From Cyanophora paradoxa CCMP329 (Eukaryota; Plantae; Glaucophyta): DNA of 64,000 nucleotides. The DNA lies in contig QPMI01000710.1 of the NCBI GenBank assembly GCA_004431415.1, forward strand, positions 1-64,000, read 5' to 3'. A program made the translations under genes and the position numbers. Positions 18,401 to 31,338 of the stretch are shown one piece after another. The notes beneath the pieces were generated by a model. That model made no database searches. It was not told where the DNA came from and saw only the letters and a program-made list of their open reading frames with translations. Within the stretch, counting starts at the first letter, position 1. The number at the start of each line of letters is the position of its first letter.

Positions 18401-20317
18401 ACAAAAACGCACCATCGGCACTGTTTGTTGCATTCGATGATGAGAAGGTCGGTGCCAAGCGTGGACGAGTGAAAGTAAATCTCGCTGGTGTGGATTATCA
18501 GGCTGTACGCATCGAGCCTTCTGAGCGGGACATCTCTAATGAGCCTGTTGCACATGCAGCACAGCGGACAACAGCAACTCCAGCAAACCAGCAGATCCAG
18601 CCTCCTCTTGACATCACCCCGAAGCCGTCAGCTGCCAGTTCAACTCCATCAAGAACACAGTTCCCTTTTCGACTGGCATGGGCTGTAACTGTTCACAAGT
18701 GCCAGGGTCTAACACTACCAAAGATAGTGGTCGACCTGGCTGCTGTCTTTCAGTACAACATGGCGTACGTTGCATGCAGCCGAGTGCGTTCGTCGGCCGA
18801 TATTATTTTCACCAATGTTCTCCGAGATCCCAATTGCAACCGGCGACGACGAGGACAGCATCATAAACGCGGGTTTATGGCTGCTATGCCAACTGCTGTG
18901 ATGTGCTCCAGCAGTGAGGATTCGGATGCATCCCTCAACGCTAGCGCTGCTGCATGCACAGCTGGCACCAGTTGTGACCGCTGGCTGTATTTTGCACCCT
19001 CTGCTGTTGACCTGCGGGAGAATGACCGGCTACGTGCACTATCAGCTACCATTGGCGTACCAACAGACAACCTCACGAAGCCATGGGGCACTTCTAGGTT
19101 TCCGACCGTGAAACCCCAACAAGTGATCGATAAACAGCGCAGCGATGCAGCTGCACTCGCAGCCCGCCGTACTCCATCAAAATCTTCAAGGTCAGCTGCA
19201 TCTACGAATGCCGTTGGTGAAGTCCCACCGCCATCACCCCGGACTCCCAAACGCAAACGTGACGATGCATCTGCACGTGCACGTTCGTCGACGTCATCAG
19301 CTGCAGTACTGGCCGACCAAACCGGCGCCCTCAATGTCGCATCCCCAAAAACCCGCCTACCACTCCCTGCAGCTGTGAGGAATCTGGATTTTGCGTTTTC
19401 CCAGGCGTCGACATCCTGCCCTGCGCATGCGCATGCGAGCCCTCCGGAGCCTGCATTTGGGGAGAATGTAGCCACGGCCGCAGAATCCTCTGCATGCGCA
19501 GCTAGCACGCAGATTCTGACTCAACCATATGTGCCCCCATCTGCGCGTTGCGTTGACATCATGAGGTCCCGCCTGATGACGATGGCGTCAACTCAGACTT
19601 TGCCCCCTATTTTCATGCCTTCGAATCTGGTGCCTGCCAGGTACGCTCTGTTCTTGGCATTATATATTGCGAAATTCGAATGAGCTAATATTTGAATCGC
19701 ATATGTACATTTTTTATATATAGTAATACTGGACGTGGTCGCTGCATGTTCCTGTCCATCATTGACAGCTTAATTTCGGAGGGTACTGCACCATGGCCAT
19801 CCTCCGTGCGGATCCGGAATGTCGACAAGTGCACTTTTGCGGATCGCCTGCGGAACGAAATCGTGGACTACATGTCATCGATTACCGCACATCATCCATA
19901 CTTTGGACTACTTTGCTCATCTGTTGTGCCTGACGTTCCTGACGGACATGCCTCACCCGATGCGCTGCAACAATACGTCAACCGAATGCGAGATCCCACA
20001 GTTTATGGTAAATATTAATATGCATCGACATTTGTCGACGTCACATTTATTAATTCTGCTTCGCAGCGACCAGTCTGGAGGTCGCTTGTTGCTCGGCCTA
20101 TTTAGGTCGCCCCATTCTGATTTTCTTCGAAGATAGAAGCCCCAGCCGCCCTTCCCCTTTTATTCATACCGGCACTACCGGAACACGTTACAGCCCCCCG
20201 ATCCTAAATTATCCTCGGCCTTTGTGCCTCCTTTACCATGGCATTTTCCACTGCAATGGTACCCTGACCTCTAGCGGTAGCCATCATTATTCTGGTTTGG
20301 TCCAGCGTACACTGTAG
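15414..20317 (+). mobile_element. Helitron-like RepHel 3' portion: PIF1-family helicase plus C-terminal OTU-like protease domain, intron-containing, 5' end cut off by the virus
   Basis: RTMSKQEAA..LGLPL..SSR (RepHel linker). PIF1 motifs GPGGTGKS, IIIDEISFV, GDFFQLPPV, QFPFRLAWAVTVHKCQGLTL and YVACSRV. OTU-like GRCMFLSI..LRNEIVDYM..YVNRMR..HHY, stop at 20315-20317. Confidence 0.8.
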
Positions 20318-21564
20318 TCTTCCCTACGTATACGTATATATATATACATGCACGTTACATCAAGTCGGCAGACATCAAGTCGGGGGCCTGCACTGCGGCA
20401 GCTGGTACTGCGGCGGATAGGAAGGAGTGAATTGAAGCCTTTCTCCCGCTTGCGCACTGCGGCATGCTGTGTGCAGGCGCTGCTAGCAGCCTTTAAATTG
20501 AGCTACGCTCGCGCTGCTAGCTATAGTAGCCTTTCAGCTTCCTTAAGCTTCAAACTCGAATTGATATCCCTGCCCTGCGCATGCGACGCAGCACTAGCGC
20601 TAGCGCTAGCGCGGCGCCCCGCACGACGGGGCGGGCTGTAAGCAGCGGCATGCGCAGCCCTTCCAAAAGTTTGCCCGCTAGTGCACGCCTTCCTGCCGAT
20701 CAAATCTCTTCGGCGCCGGCAGCGATCTCCATCACCTGCTCGTGGCCCTTCCCCTATAGCTACCTCCGGCACCTCCTCGGCTCTCTCCTCGCCTCTTCCT
20801 TCCCGTATACGTAGTCCTCCGCCGCGTTCCCGTCGTCGGGTCTCTAGCTGAGACTAGCTCGATCCTGGACTCGAGCTCTCCGGTCCGCCTGCCGCTGTCT
20901 ACGACCGCGAGGTACTTCCTCCGCCGTACTCGGCGCCGGTTGTCAGTGCTTTGCTCGGTAGCTCCCCCGCCTTGCCCCCCCGGGGGCCTCTTCGAATTCG
21001 TCGTCGTCGTTCGCTGGGTTCCGGTTCCGGGTCTGCAGCTGATTTCTCGCCGGGCTTGCCTTCTCTTGGCTCTGCTCCCGACCGCGGGCCCTTAGCTCCG
21101 GGACCTTCTTCCCCGCGGCCGACTCGCGATCTCTTCCCGGACTCGTAATCGCACCCGTCGCCGGCTTGCCGAGCCTGCGTCTCCTTGATTCTCGTTCCCT
21201 CGAGCTCCGTCGATTTGCTGGCCGGCCGGGCCCTCCGACCGTCGGACCCTTGTTCTAGCTGTGCAACTAGAAGTTGAACGAGAGCCTTCGTCGCCCTCCC
21301 ACGCATAGACGCAAGGGAACTACTAGTACTGCAATAGCGGAGCAGACCGCGGCCGGGGGCCATGCACGTTACGTACCCAGTACCGACCTGTTTAATTTTA
21401 AAGTAAGTAAATGTTACCCAAAAAGCTTCGAATTCCTTTAGTAAATTTTTGAAATGTACATGTTACCCGTTCAATGTTAACCGAGGTCCTGACTCACTAT
21501 AGGCTATAGCACGCTTCAGACCAGAGGTTGCACTGCCCCCGGGGCAGGACTGTTTATACCGACT

Positions 21565-21879
21565 CAGGCTGAAATCCGGCAGGGGATTTCTTAAGCGGTT
21601 TTAGCTTAAGCTTTCGTCGCTAGCTAGTTCCGACTCGGACTAGTTCGACTCCTAGCGAATTACTAGGAGCACCATCGTAGAGGTTTGCTTGAAGCTAGCG
21701 AAGTTGGCCTTGGCGCCGGTATGGCCATACCGGCGCCAAGAAACTTACCAAATCGCACTTCGCTAGCTTGTGAAACCTCTAACATGTTCCGTAATGACGT
21801 AATGGTACCTCTGCAAACGCGCTAAGTACCTGCGATTAGCTAAGATTTGGCCTAAAACGCCCTGCCGGATTTCAGCCTC
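21565..21879. mobile_element. MITE/foldback element, Mutator-like (9-bp TSD)
   Basis: TIR AGGCTGAAATCCGGCAGGG / CCCTGCCGGATTTCAGCCT. Internal palindrome CTTGGCGCCGGTATGGCCATACCGGCGCCAAG. Flanks ATACCGACT (21556-64) and ATACCGAGT (21880-88). Confidence 0.75.
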
Positions 21880-22861
21880 ATACCGAGTAATACCGACGTT
21901 TACGGTTTACTTGTGACATGTACAGTGCCATACTGTAAACGTAGAAATTTTCGTCGAGACTTAATTTCGACAAAACCCGAAAATCGTGACGAAAATATGG
22001 TCCGGCACTGGACCGGCAGCATCATATTTTCGTCAGCTCCGGACCGATCCAGGACTCCGCCATAGACGAATCAGCCGTTAGTACCCCTCTCCACACAAAA
22101 TTTCCGTTCAAGAGTATCAAATATTCGTCACAGTGCAGGTCTGACGAACTTCGGAATATAGACGAAATAAAGACACTGTCGAAGATTCCTACGTTTACAG
22201 TACTGGTAAGTCGGCCGGGCGCGGCGGAAACGTATACGTATACGCCTGCGCAGCTGCAGCCTGCAGCTAGAGCCTCGATCGGCATCATCGATCATCCGAT
22301 GATCGCAGCCGAGTCGCACTGTACTGTAGTAACTGTACTACGGTACTGCGGCACTGCCGCGCAGTGCGCATGCGGCAGCTGCAGGCCTACCGTAGTACTA
22401 GGGCCCACTAGGCTAGGCCCGACGGTCGCTATCCGATGATCGCAGGCTCGCAGGCTGTCGCAGCCGCCGGCCGAGTCGCAGGCTAGGCTCGCACTGCCTC
22501 GCAGACGTCGACTGTACGCCGTAGCTAGCGTACGCGTCGAACGCGGACTCCCATATCGCCGATCGCGAGTCGATCTGCCGCAGTGCGCGCACAGCACCGC
22601 GGCACCTTAGCCTCTTGCACAAGTTGCACTAGTACTGCATGCGGCGCCATGCGCACGCGCATCATGATCAGCAGCGCTCTGTGTACATAGGCAGCATCTT
22701 GCAAGCTCATGATCATGATCAAGCAGCGACCACAGTGCGTATACTTATGCTACATTAGCTATATAGCAGCCTGGCAGTATACGTAGGCGCATCGAAGCAG
22801 CAATATCGCCGAGTCGGCACTGTTTATGCGTAGCCTATTAGCGCTAGCGTGATCATTCAGA

Positions 22862-25800
22862 ATGGATGTGCTCCAATTGCAAGCTGCTACGGAAATCACT
22901 CGAACATCCAGTGCAAGATGCAAGTACCGGTGCCCGGAGGTCTCGGATCTGGAGACTTCTTCGGACTGTGCCAAGAAAGAGGCGCAGCTCCTTCAAGATC
23001 CTGACTACGACCTGCGCATGCCAGCCCACTCGAGGGTTCGCTCTTCAGCTTTTAACGAAATCGCTTGTCGTGCATAAGCGCTGGCGTGCACAGGACCCGA
23101 CTGCGTTGCGGCACATTGGGACTGTACAATCACACGGCGTCCTCATTACACGTTCGCCTTTTCTCCCATGTCTGACTAAGAAAGCTGTCGACAGCGCGCA
23201 TGCGCACCCACAGTGACTGCTGACTCGACATTGCATCAAGACACGCCTTGCATCCGTCGGGTCTCGTTGCGCGAATTCCTCAGAGCGATTGACAGTCCCT
23301 TAGCTAAAGCTTGCATGCGCATCCTCACAGCCCTCGCAGCGAGAACCTCGGCGACCTTATTGGGGTGCCGGCCGCATCAGTCCTTGGCGGACCGCTATCC
23401 GCAGTTCTTGAGCCCGAATCCCTTTGTTCGGTCCGAAGCGCGATTGCCTCGCTCCAGGCCCAACCTCTCCTCCTGCCAGGGGAGACGCCTTTTCCTGGCG
23501 CTCCAGGCGGCATCGGTGGCCCCATCGAGCTCCAACTGCGTACGATCAACGACGCAGGTGCCCATGCCGGCCAGCTGCTGATCCTGAACGTTGACTGCAA
23601 CTGCCCCTTCTGTTTCGCTAAATTTTCAAAAGAATGGAATGGCACGCTCCACGTCTCCGAGGCTGTGTCGGAAGGTTCTTCGTCGGAGTGCATCTTGGAG
23701 CTGGAGCCTCTCGCTTTTCCATTTTCCGACGTCGACGCCGCCTCGTGCGTGTCTCCGCAAAACAAATTCCGTAAATAATTTTAATTTTAAATATTGGCCA
23801 TGACGGCCCCCGGCAGCGGTCCTGCCTACGAATGCCCTGTTACAGACGTGCATATGGCGATTGCAAGCCTCTCTGCACGCTCGATGCGTGCGCATATACA
23901 TGCACCGCTGCCGGGCCTCCTTTTGGATTTCGCCCCCCGAAGCATTCACATTCCGCCACCAGGGATGGCGGCGGAGGCCACGAGCGTGGAGCAGCTGCTC
24001 CAGGCGGTCGTTCCCCTCTTCGCGGAGATTGTGAAAGTCGATCGGTTCGCCCCTCGAGATCTCTTCCTTCCGCTCCCGCGGCTCCCGGCCCAGCAAATTC
24101 GAATCCGCGCCCACAGGTGCATGGTCTACCGATTCGAACCGCGCAAAGATGGCCTGGTCATCGCGGAGGTGCGCCCCCCGCGCCTCCACCTCTCGATCGC
24201 GCGCGCGCGCGTTTCGCCTCACCTGCTTGCAGAGCCTTCGGGACGAGAGCCGCTCTCCCTTAATTGGCATGAGTTTCCCTAGCATGGTCCGAACCTGGCT
24301 CGCCCCCGGCCGCGGCCCGTTGCTCTCTGCCACCGATTTCCCTTCAATTTCAGGACATTCCCCCAGCCGCCCGTGCCATGTTCATGCTTAACCGCTTCCG
24401 AGCCATCCCCGATGCGAATGCCCGTACGCGTTCGATGCGCTCGCGCCGTTTTCGAGGACCTCGTGATCGACCGCCCACGCTCGCGTTCGCAGCGCAATCT
24501 TCTATCCTCTCCCATCCCGGCGACCATCCCCTTGACCTCGGTCGGAGCATCCTGCGCTCCGCCTCCCACTGTCAGCTCATCCCGCCATTCTTCTTCTCAT
24601 CTCGCCATTGCTCTCACACTGCGTCCACCAGATCACCTCGACTACATGCAAAATATGGTTTGCGTTCCTTTAATTTCCTGCACATATGCATGTGCTTCCG
24701 CGCGCCCGCCGACCGGGCGGCGTCCGCCAACGTCGAGTTCGCCCAGGGAACACGCGCCTCTCTCGTGCACGGCATAGTTCTGTCCGGGAGCCTTTGGGGT
24801 CTGTTTGTGTGGTGCGTCGCGCTCGCATTTCGTATACACGGAACCGCGGCATAAGCCAGCACACGCCTGAGAGCGGTTGGAACGCAGCCACAACCACCAC
24901 TCGCCATTATACTGCAGTCGGCGCACCCGTCTGGCCTGCAGCAATTTCGTGATGGTTCCCGCCCAAGCCCACAGGGAAACCGCGGCCGCCTTCACCGAAA
25001 TTAACGCTTTGCAGATGTTAACAACTCAGATCGCGTGGATACAAGAAAGGCTCTTCCGGCGGGCGGAGATGCGCGCACGGGAGCTGCATGGTGCTATACT
25101 GGAGAGCGCGCACGCGCAGCGGTCGGGACTGCACCAGACTTTCTTGAAGGCCCTTTTCTCAGCAGACCCGAGCATTGAGGACCTTATCAAGTGCTGCGGG
25201 GTGGCGCTCGTGTCGGCAGTCGACACGGAGCACTTGCAGCAAGCCGCAAAAGGAGAGGGGATCTGTGAGTTCGAAGCGGCAGGCTGCTGCCCGCAACGGG
25301 ACGTGGTGTGCAAATTCGAAAAATTAAATGCGCGCTTCTTACGCTTGACAAGCTGTTTGACAAGTGCATTGGAATCGAGCAGGTTGTCACCCTTGGAGCG
25401 TTCATCGAGCAGAAGTGCATGGATCGAGCTTCTCTGGGGCATGCCGAAGTCTGGTCCACGAGCTTCTGGGTGCGCGGCCCCGCCCCTGAATTCGAAGCGG
25501 AGCGCGTTGCCGACGCGACTGCGAAGGCCCGGGACATCCCTTCGAGCATCCCGTCCTCTAGTGGCATCTGCGGCATCCTTGCTGCGCGCTTATCGCCAGG
25601 CGAGCTGGCTCCTTTCCTGCAATCATTCATTTATCGTCTTTTGTGAACCTGCAGCTGTGCGCTTGCACTTGCGAGTGCTCACCCTTCGAATTCTCCAGGT
25701 TCCATCGTCATGTACTTCCGGGAGGAGATGACCGTTGCGCGCAAGTGGGCCTGCAAGCAGTCGGACCTGTACCGTGACGACCGCCACTTGAACCCGAGAC

Positions 25801-28800
25801 GCTCTTTTGAACTCTGGTGCGCATGCTGAGCGCCGCCGAATCCGCGCGACTGGGGCGGAGTGCACGTGCGACGCTGCGGCAGGGTGGAGTACGCGAAGGG
25901 CCAGAGCGAGGAGTTCGAGGAGGAGGACTTCGCCGCGCTCTTCGTCCTGGCCCGCCCCGCCCCGCCTCACTACGAGCTCTAATTCCCCCAGGCCAGGCCT
26001 AGGCCGGTATCATGCTGACGCCCGCCGCAGCGGAGCGTGTGGGCCTTGAACGAGAAGCTGGGGATCTCCCGCCAGCTCAAGCTGGTATCCCAAGGTGCTT
26101 TTAATTTCACCCACGCTGCTCCTTGAATCGAATTTGCAGCTAATATACTTTTTCAAACTTCATTTACAGACCTGAAGCAGCTGACCGAGGCTGTGACGGT
26201 ACCCGTGATCACGCTGTGCGGCGAGGGTCGCATGATTAACTGGAATCCGAAGGTGTTTTCGTTTCTTCGAGGTTCCGACCTGTTTATGTTGCGGCTTATC
26301 ATTTTCGACTCTCCTGGCAGGCTGAAGAACTTTTTCACCTGCAACGCACGCCTATGCTCGGTGAGAAAAACCGAATTCTAATTCGGGAAGGGGAAAAGAG
26401 AGAGAAGGAAGACGCTCTAAGCGGAGATAGGATGAACATTTTTCAAGTCTTGAGCTTCCGGGCGCATTGTGGTATCCTGTCGACATCGTATACGCCGCCT
26501 CAGGGCGCGACTTCGTGGATGCTTTGGTCGATGAGAAGAATGCAACGGACGTGCGCGCCGCCATTAAGGTCCGCGCGGCGTGCTGGCAGTCCGCGGGGGC
26601 AGTCCGAGTCTGACATTAACATCCCTCATTTAGGCGGCCTCCTCCGCCAACGGGCGCGCGCTGGACAACAAGGGGCACGAAGTCGAGTTCTCGACCCGCT
26701 CCGTAGACGAGACGCGCCCGGTGCTTCACGTGTATGCACTCGTTTGCGCTGAATCTTGATTCGAGCATATTTCGAGGCAGCCGCTGGACATTCTTATGCA
26801 CGCCTTCACGCGTCAGGATGCTGTCGGTCAGAGCGGCCCCTTCGGTGTCTGCTGTATTTGCGTGCGCTCTTCTAGATCTGCTGCTATATTTGTGTGCTTC
26901 GTTGTTCTACCTCGAACCCAGACGGACCTGACGGAGAGCAAGAGCAAGATGAAAGCGGAAATCAGGGCCGAGGAGACTCGAAAGTTCCTGTCCACGATGT
27001 CTCACGAGAGTGCGCGCTTTTGGCACGAATTCGAAGAGCGCATTTTTTAAAAGCCGGCTCCGCAATTGACGGGCAAACATGTGCTTTGCGCAGTGCGCAC
27101 GCCGCTGAATGGGTATTCGCTCATTCCTTTTTCGTTTCGCACATGTCCGCCATCCGATGAAGCTCTTCGCAGTGTCCTAGGAATGCTCCAGCTTGCCAAG
27201 GACTACCCCTTGCCCCCAGCCGCCACCGATTACATCGACGGCGCCGTGCGCTCCGGAGAGCACCTCCTTCACCTCATCAAGTGCTCGACGTCCATTCGAT
27301 TGAAAATCTATTCGTCCCTCTAGATCTTACTCCTACTGTTAGTGATATTCTCGACATAAACCGCATTGAGGCGGGAAAGCTTGTGCTTTCTTCGACGCGA
27401 TTCGATGTGGCCACAATCATCAAAACCGCAGTTATGGTCGTCCAGCCGAAAGTGCCTGGAACCGTACCCTTCACCTCCCTTCGTCTCTGAGCGTGGGTTA
27501 GGCGACGAGCAAAGGGATCGAGATCGTCGTGGCCATGCCGGAGGTGGTCCCCGAGGTCTACGGCGACCCCGAGCGGCTGCAGCAGATTCTTCTCAACTTC
27601 CTCAGCAACGTCCGCTCCTGAATCTCCTTTCGCGCCCCCCTTCCGTTCCAATAGAACCGCGCTGACCTGTTTTTCTTGCGACCAGGGCGTGAAGTTTACG
27701 CCCGTGAGTCCTCTAGGGTGGATCCTTGTGGTCTTACGCTCTCTTGCAAACCTCGTGCGCTTCCGATCGCAGGATGGCGGCCGCGTTGTTGTACAAGTCC
27801 GCGTGATCGAGCGACGAGGGCGCATCCTCGGTCTGCTTTTCAGCCTGAAATTGTATTTGAGTTTTCCCGATACCCCTGCCTGACTGTTTGCTTTCGCTTT
27901 CGCAGATGTTCGCTTTGATGTGACGGACAATGGCGTGGGTATACGTGAAAAGGACCAGCTCCAACTGTTTCAGGTCCGACTGTTGACGGAATCGTTTTTG
28001 GCTCGACCGCTTCTTACACACTTGTTACTCTGCGATTTTCAGAGGTTTTACAGGGTGCAGGACCGCTCCAGAGAAGACCCGGGTGGAACGGGCCTTGGGT
28101 GGGCTCCGGCCCGCTCTGCTCTAGATCTGCTCTTCAATTCACGGCCTTACATGATGCAGGCTCGCCATCTGTCGAGAGATCGCGGAGCGGTGGGGGGGCA
28201 AGGTCGGCTGCGAAACGAAGTACGGGAGCGGCAGCACCTTCTGGGTGCTCCTTCCCCTCGAGGTCGCCATGCCCGGCGACTCGCCGCGCGCCGCCTCTGC
28301 GGAGCAGTCGGCCCGGCAGAGACGTCGCGACGCCTCGCGCCTCTCTTCCTGCTCTGAGGCGTCTTCCCCCGTCTCGACCTCGTTTGATTCAAGGCGCCCG
28401 GGCCGCTCGGCCTCGGAAATCTACCCAGCCGGCGTGCGCCACATGCTGCCAGCTCTCCAGCTCGGCCCTCGTGGCGACGCCCTGTGCTCCGGCTCCCACG
28501 CGTCCTCTCCTGCTCCCGGGTCCCACGCATCCTCTCCCGGTCCGGGGTCCCCCTCGGCCGGTCCCCGTTCATTCGGCCTCGATCCTCCAGCGAACGCCTC
28601 TATCCGCCCCACGGCCCGCCCCGCCGGCGATGGCGCCAGCCAGCACCGGAGCACTGCTGAGGCAAACGTCGGCGTCGGTGCCAGAATTGGATCACTCGAC
28701 GCCACCGTCAATGCTGCTGCCCCCGCGACCCGTCAGCAGGCCGGAACGCGGTGGATCCACCTTTGCGCCTTGCTACTAAAACTCCTCGTGACACATTCCG

Positions 28801-31338
28801 AATTGCAGGGCGGGCATCGATGGCTCATGTGGCTCTGAGAAGGACCGGGAGGCCCCCTCCCCGTGCGCCCTGTGCTCTTCCGCCATACAGCGCCGCTCCT
28901 AACGCGCTCTACATATTTCAAAACACTTATTTCGAGCCCTCATGATCAGTGGTTCCAGCTTGAGCGGGGCAGACTTCAAGGCTCTGGCCGCGTCCCCCGC
29001 CGGCATGTCCCCCCACCCCGAGTTGGTCAGCGACCGCGTTTTCGTTCGAAAAAGGACCTGTTCAAGCGACCTCGCCGCAGGACGTCGACTCGCCGATGGG
29101 GCGCGCCACCCCTTTGCCGGTCTCGCTGCGGCCGTGCCACGTCCTCGTGGCCGAGGTTCGGCTCCCCGCCCCTTGCACTCGGCCTCCCCGGACGATATTG
29201 ATGGTCAAGCACCCTGCAGGACAACCAAATCAACGTCCGGATAGTCCGAACGATGCTGGAGAAGGTGCGTCTGCGGGGACGTGCGAACCGCGATAGGTGC
29301 CCGTATATGTACATCTCATGCTCTGTCAGGCGGGGCACGTGGTGGTGGTGGCCGCGGACGGAGAGGAGGCCGTCGAGGCGTTCCGGAGGGCCGCCGCGAA
29401 TGCTGCAGAGGCCTCCACCTCGGGCTCGGCCCATGACTCGCTCTGGGCGGTGCCTCCGGACCCTTTCGATCAGCCGCCACCGCCACCGCCGGCGCGGCGC
29501 GCATTCGACGTGATTCTCATGGATTGCGAGGCGCACACCACCCCTCTAGATCTCTATTGTTTCCCTCCTGAATCTCTGTCAACAGATGCCCCGCAAGGAC
29601 GGCTTCTCAGCAACGCAAGAAATCCGAGAGATAGAGGCCTCCCTCGGCCTCGCGAGGCACCCCATTGTGGCACGCTTTCTGACGCCGACCTGTGGCTCCC
29701 TGCTGACGGAGCGCAGGCGCTGACGGCGAGTGTGCTGCCCGAGGACGAGAGGCGCTGCTACGACGCCGGCATGGACCACCACGTTGCCAAGCCAGTCGTC
29801 CGGCGCCTGGTGCGTGGGAAGATGCGACTGAGGGCTCTGAGCCGTCGATCGGTTCATGGAGCACGAGCTTCCGCCTGCTGCGCCCTCCGGCGACCAGCGT
29901 CCTCCGCTACGTATACCCGATTGTCCGCCCCCCGGGCCCCCCGGAACCGGGGTACTGGCCGAAGCGTTCCGCTCGCCCAAACTCTCGCCATCGGCCCTGA
30001 CCGATCGAGCCGCGCGGCCTTCGCCCGCGGCCGCGCCTACCCCCCCGACTCCCGCGCTCGAGCCCGTCCCAGCTGCCCCCGTTAGCGTTCGCCCAACGTC
30101 GCGGTCGGCGTCCATTAGCCTGGAGCGCTTGCTGCTTTCGCCCCGCCCCTCGTCAGCTCCGCCGATCCCGCCCCCATCGATATCGTCTGGGCCCCGCAGC
30201 GTGTTGCGCCGTGCCTCGAGCAGCTCCGCACGCCTCGAGTCGTTTTCCGCGGCCCCACCGGACGCCGGCCCCCCGCTCGACGTCCTGGTTGTCGAGGACA
30301 ACCCTGTATGCGAATTTACATTTATATTGCTCCGTCCTGTCCATCGGTCTCCCTTTTTCATTGCGCGCTGCGACAGGTCAATATGAAGGTCCTGACGGCG
30401 ATGCTGGAGGGCGTCGGGTGGATGGTACGTATACGCCGGGTTCTGTTCCGGACTGCTAATTATAATGTGCACGTGCCTGAGCTTCCGAAATCAGGTGACG
30501 AAAGCGCGGGATGGGCAGGAGGCGGTCGAGGCCTTCGAGAGCCGCCTGGGAACCACCGGCTCCCTCATGTTTTCTGCAATTCTCATGGATTGCCAGGCTC
30601 GCTCTTAAGCTTGTCTGTTCGTCTCTTTTTGCATTCCAGTTTCCTTACTTTTGCTGCAGATGCCAAGAATGAACGGGTACCAAGCAGCCGCGAAGATACG
30701 GGAAATCGGTGTGCATGCGCCCCTCTGAACAGGCCCTCGAAGCCCCCCTTACATTGTCTGCAGAGCGACGCCTGGAGCTCCCCAGGCACCCGATAATTGC
30801 CGTCACCGCATACGCGGGTAACCTCTCTATCTCCTTGCCTTCTTTTCCCTCGCTAAAACTCGCTGATCATGTACTTGAATTTTTGCAGCCAATGCAGATG
30901 GTAAGATGCTCTGGTCTCCTTTTCGCGCACAGCGCATTGATATCCCTTGGCTTTGTTCTCTTACTGTGTTACCCCTTGCGACGGTAGACTGTGCACGGTG
31001 CCTCGAGTCCGGCATGGGTGCGCAGTGCTCTCGCCCCCGTCGTTTTCTCTCGCCTCATCCTTGAAATTTTCCTCTCAGATGAGTACACGACGAAGCCTGT
31101 GCGGCGCGATGCTCTCGTGATTTTCCTCCCTCTCCGCTAACACGGTGAAATGTGTACACGTAGGTGAAGCGGGATATGCTGCTGCAACTCGTCCAGGTCC
31201 GATCTCTTTACACAGACAGCTTCTCAACTAAGCGAGCTTATGCATATGCTGCTGCTGCAGGATCGGGCGGCCGTTGCTCTCGCCTGTATCACGCAGAGAA
31301 GCCGGCCACGGGTGCCCGCCCGCACTCAGCAACCCTGA
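22862..31338 (+). CDS. Phytochrome hybrid histidine kinase (PAS-GAF-PHY-PAS-HisKA-HATPase-REC-REC), many short introns
   Basis: Photosensory core: GTVQSHG, ENLGDLIG, ILELEP, DR-CMVYRF, FPSM-DIPPAAR, LDLGRSILRSASH-HLDYMQNM, LWGLF, PSIEDLIKCCGVAL, NPRRSF. Output: MSHE-VRTPLNG, RLQQILLNFLSN, DNGVGI, GGTGLG and two ILMDC-MP receivers. Confidence 0.93.

Noticed and set aside
20347-21372. 12-bp direct repeat CATGCACGTTAC flanking about 1 kb as a TSD-bounded insertion
   Set aside because: No terminal inverted repeats, poly(A) tail or recognisable coding content. Cannot be supported from one copy.
21491-21503. T7 promoter-like GACTCACTATAGG (vector contamination)
   Set aside because: Only 13 nt match, the upstream TAATAC is absent, and there is no other vector sequence.
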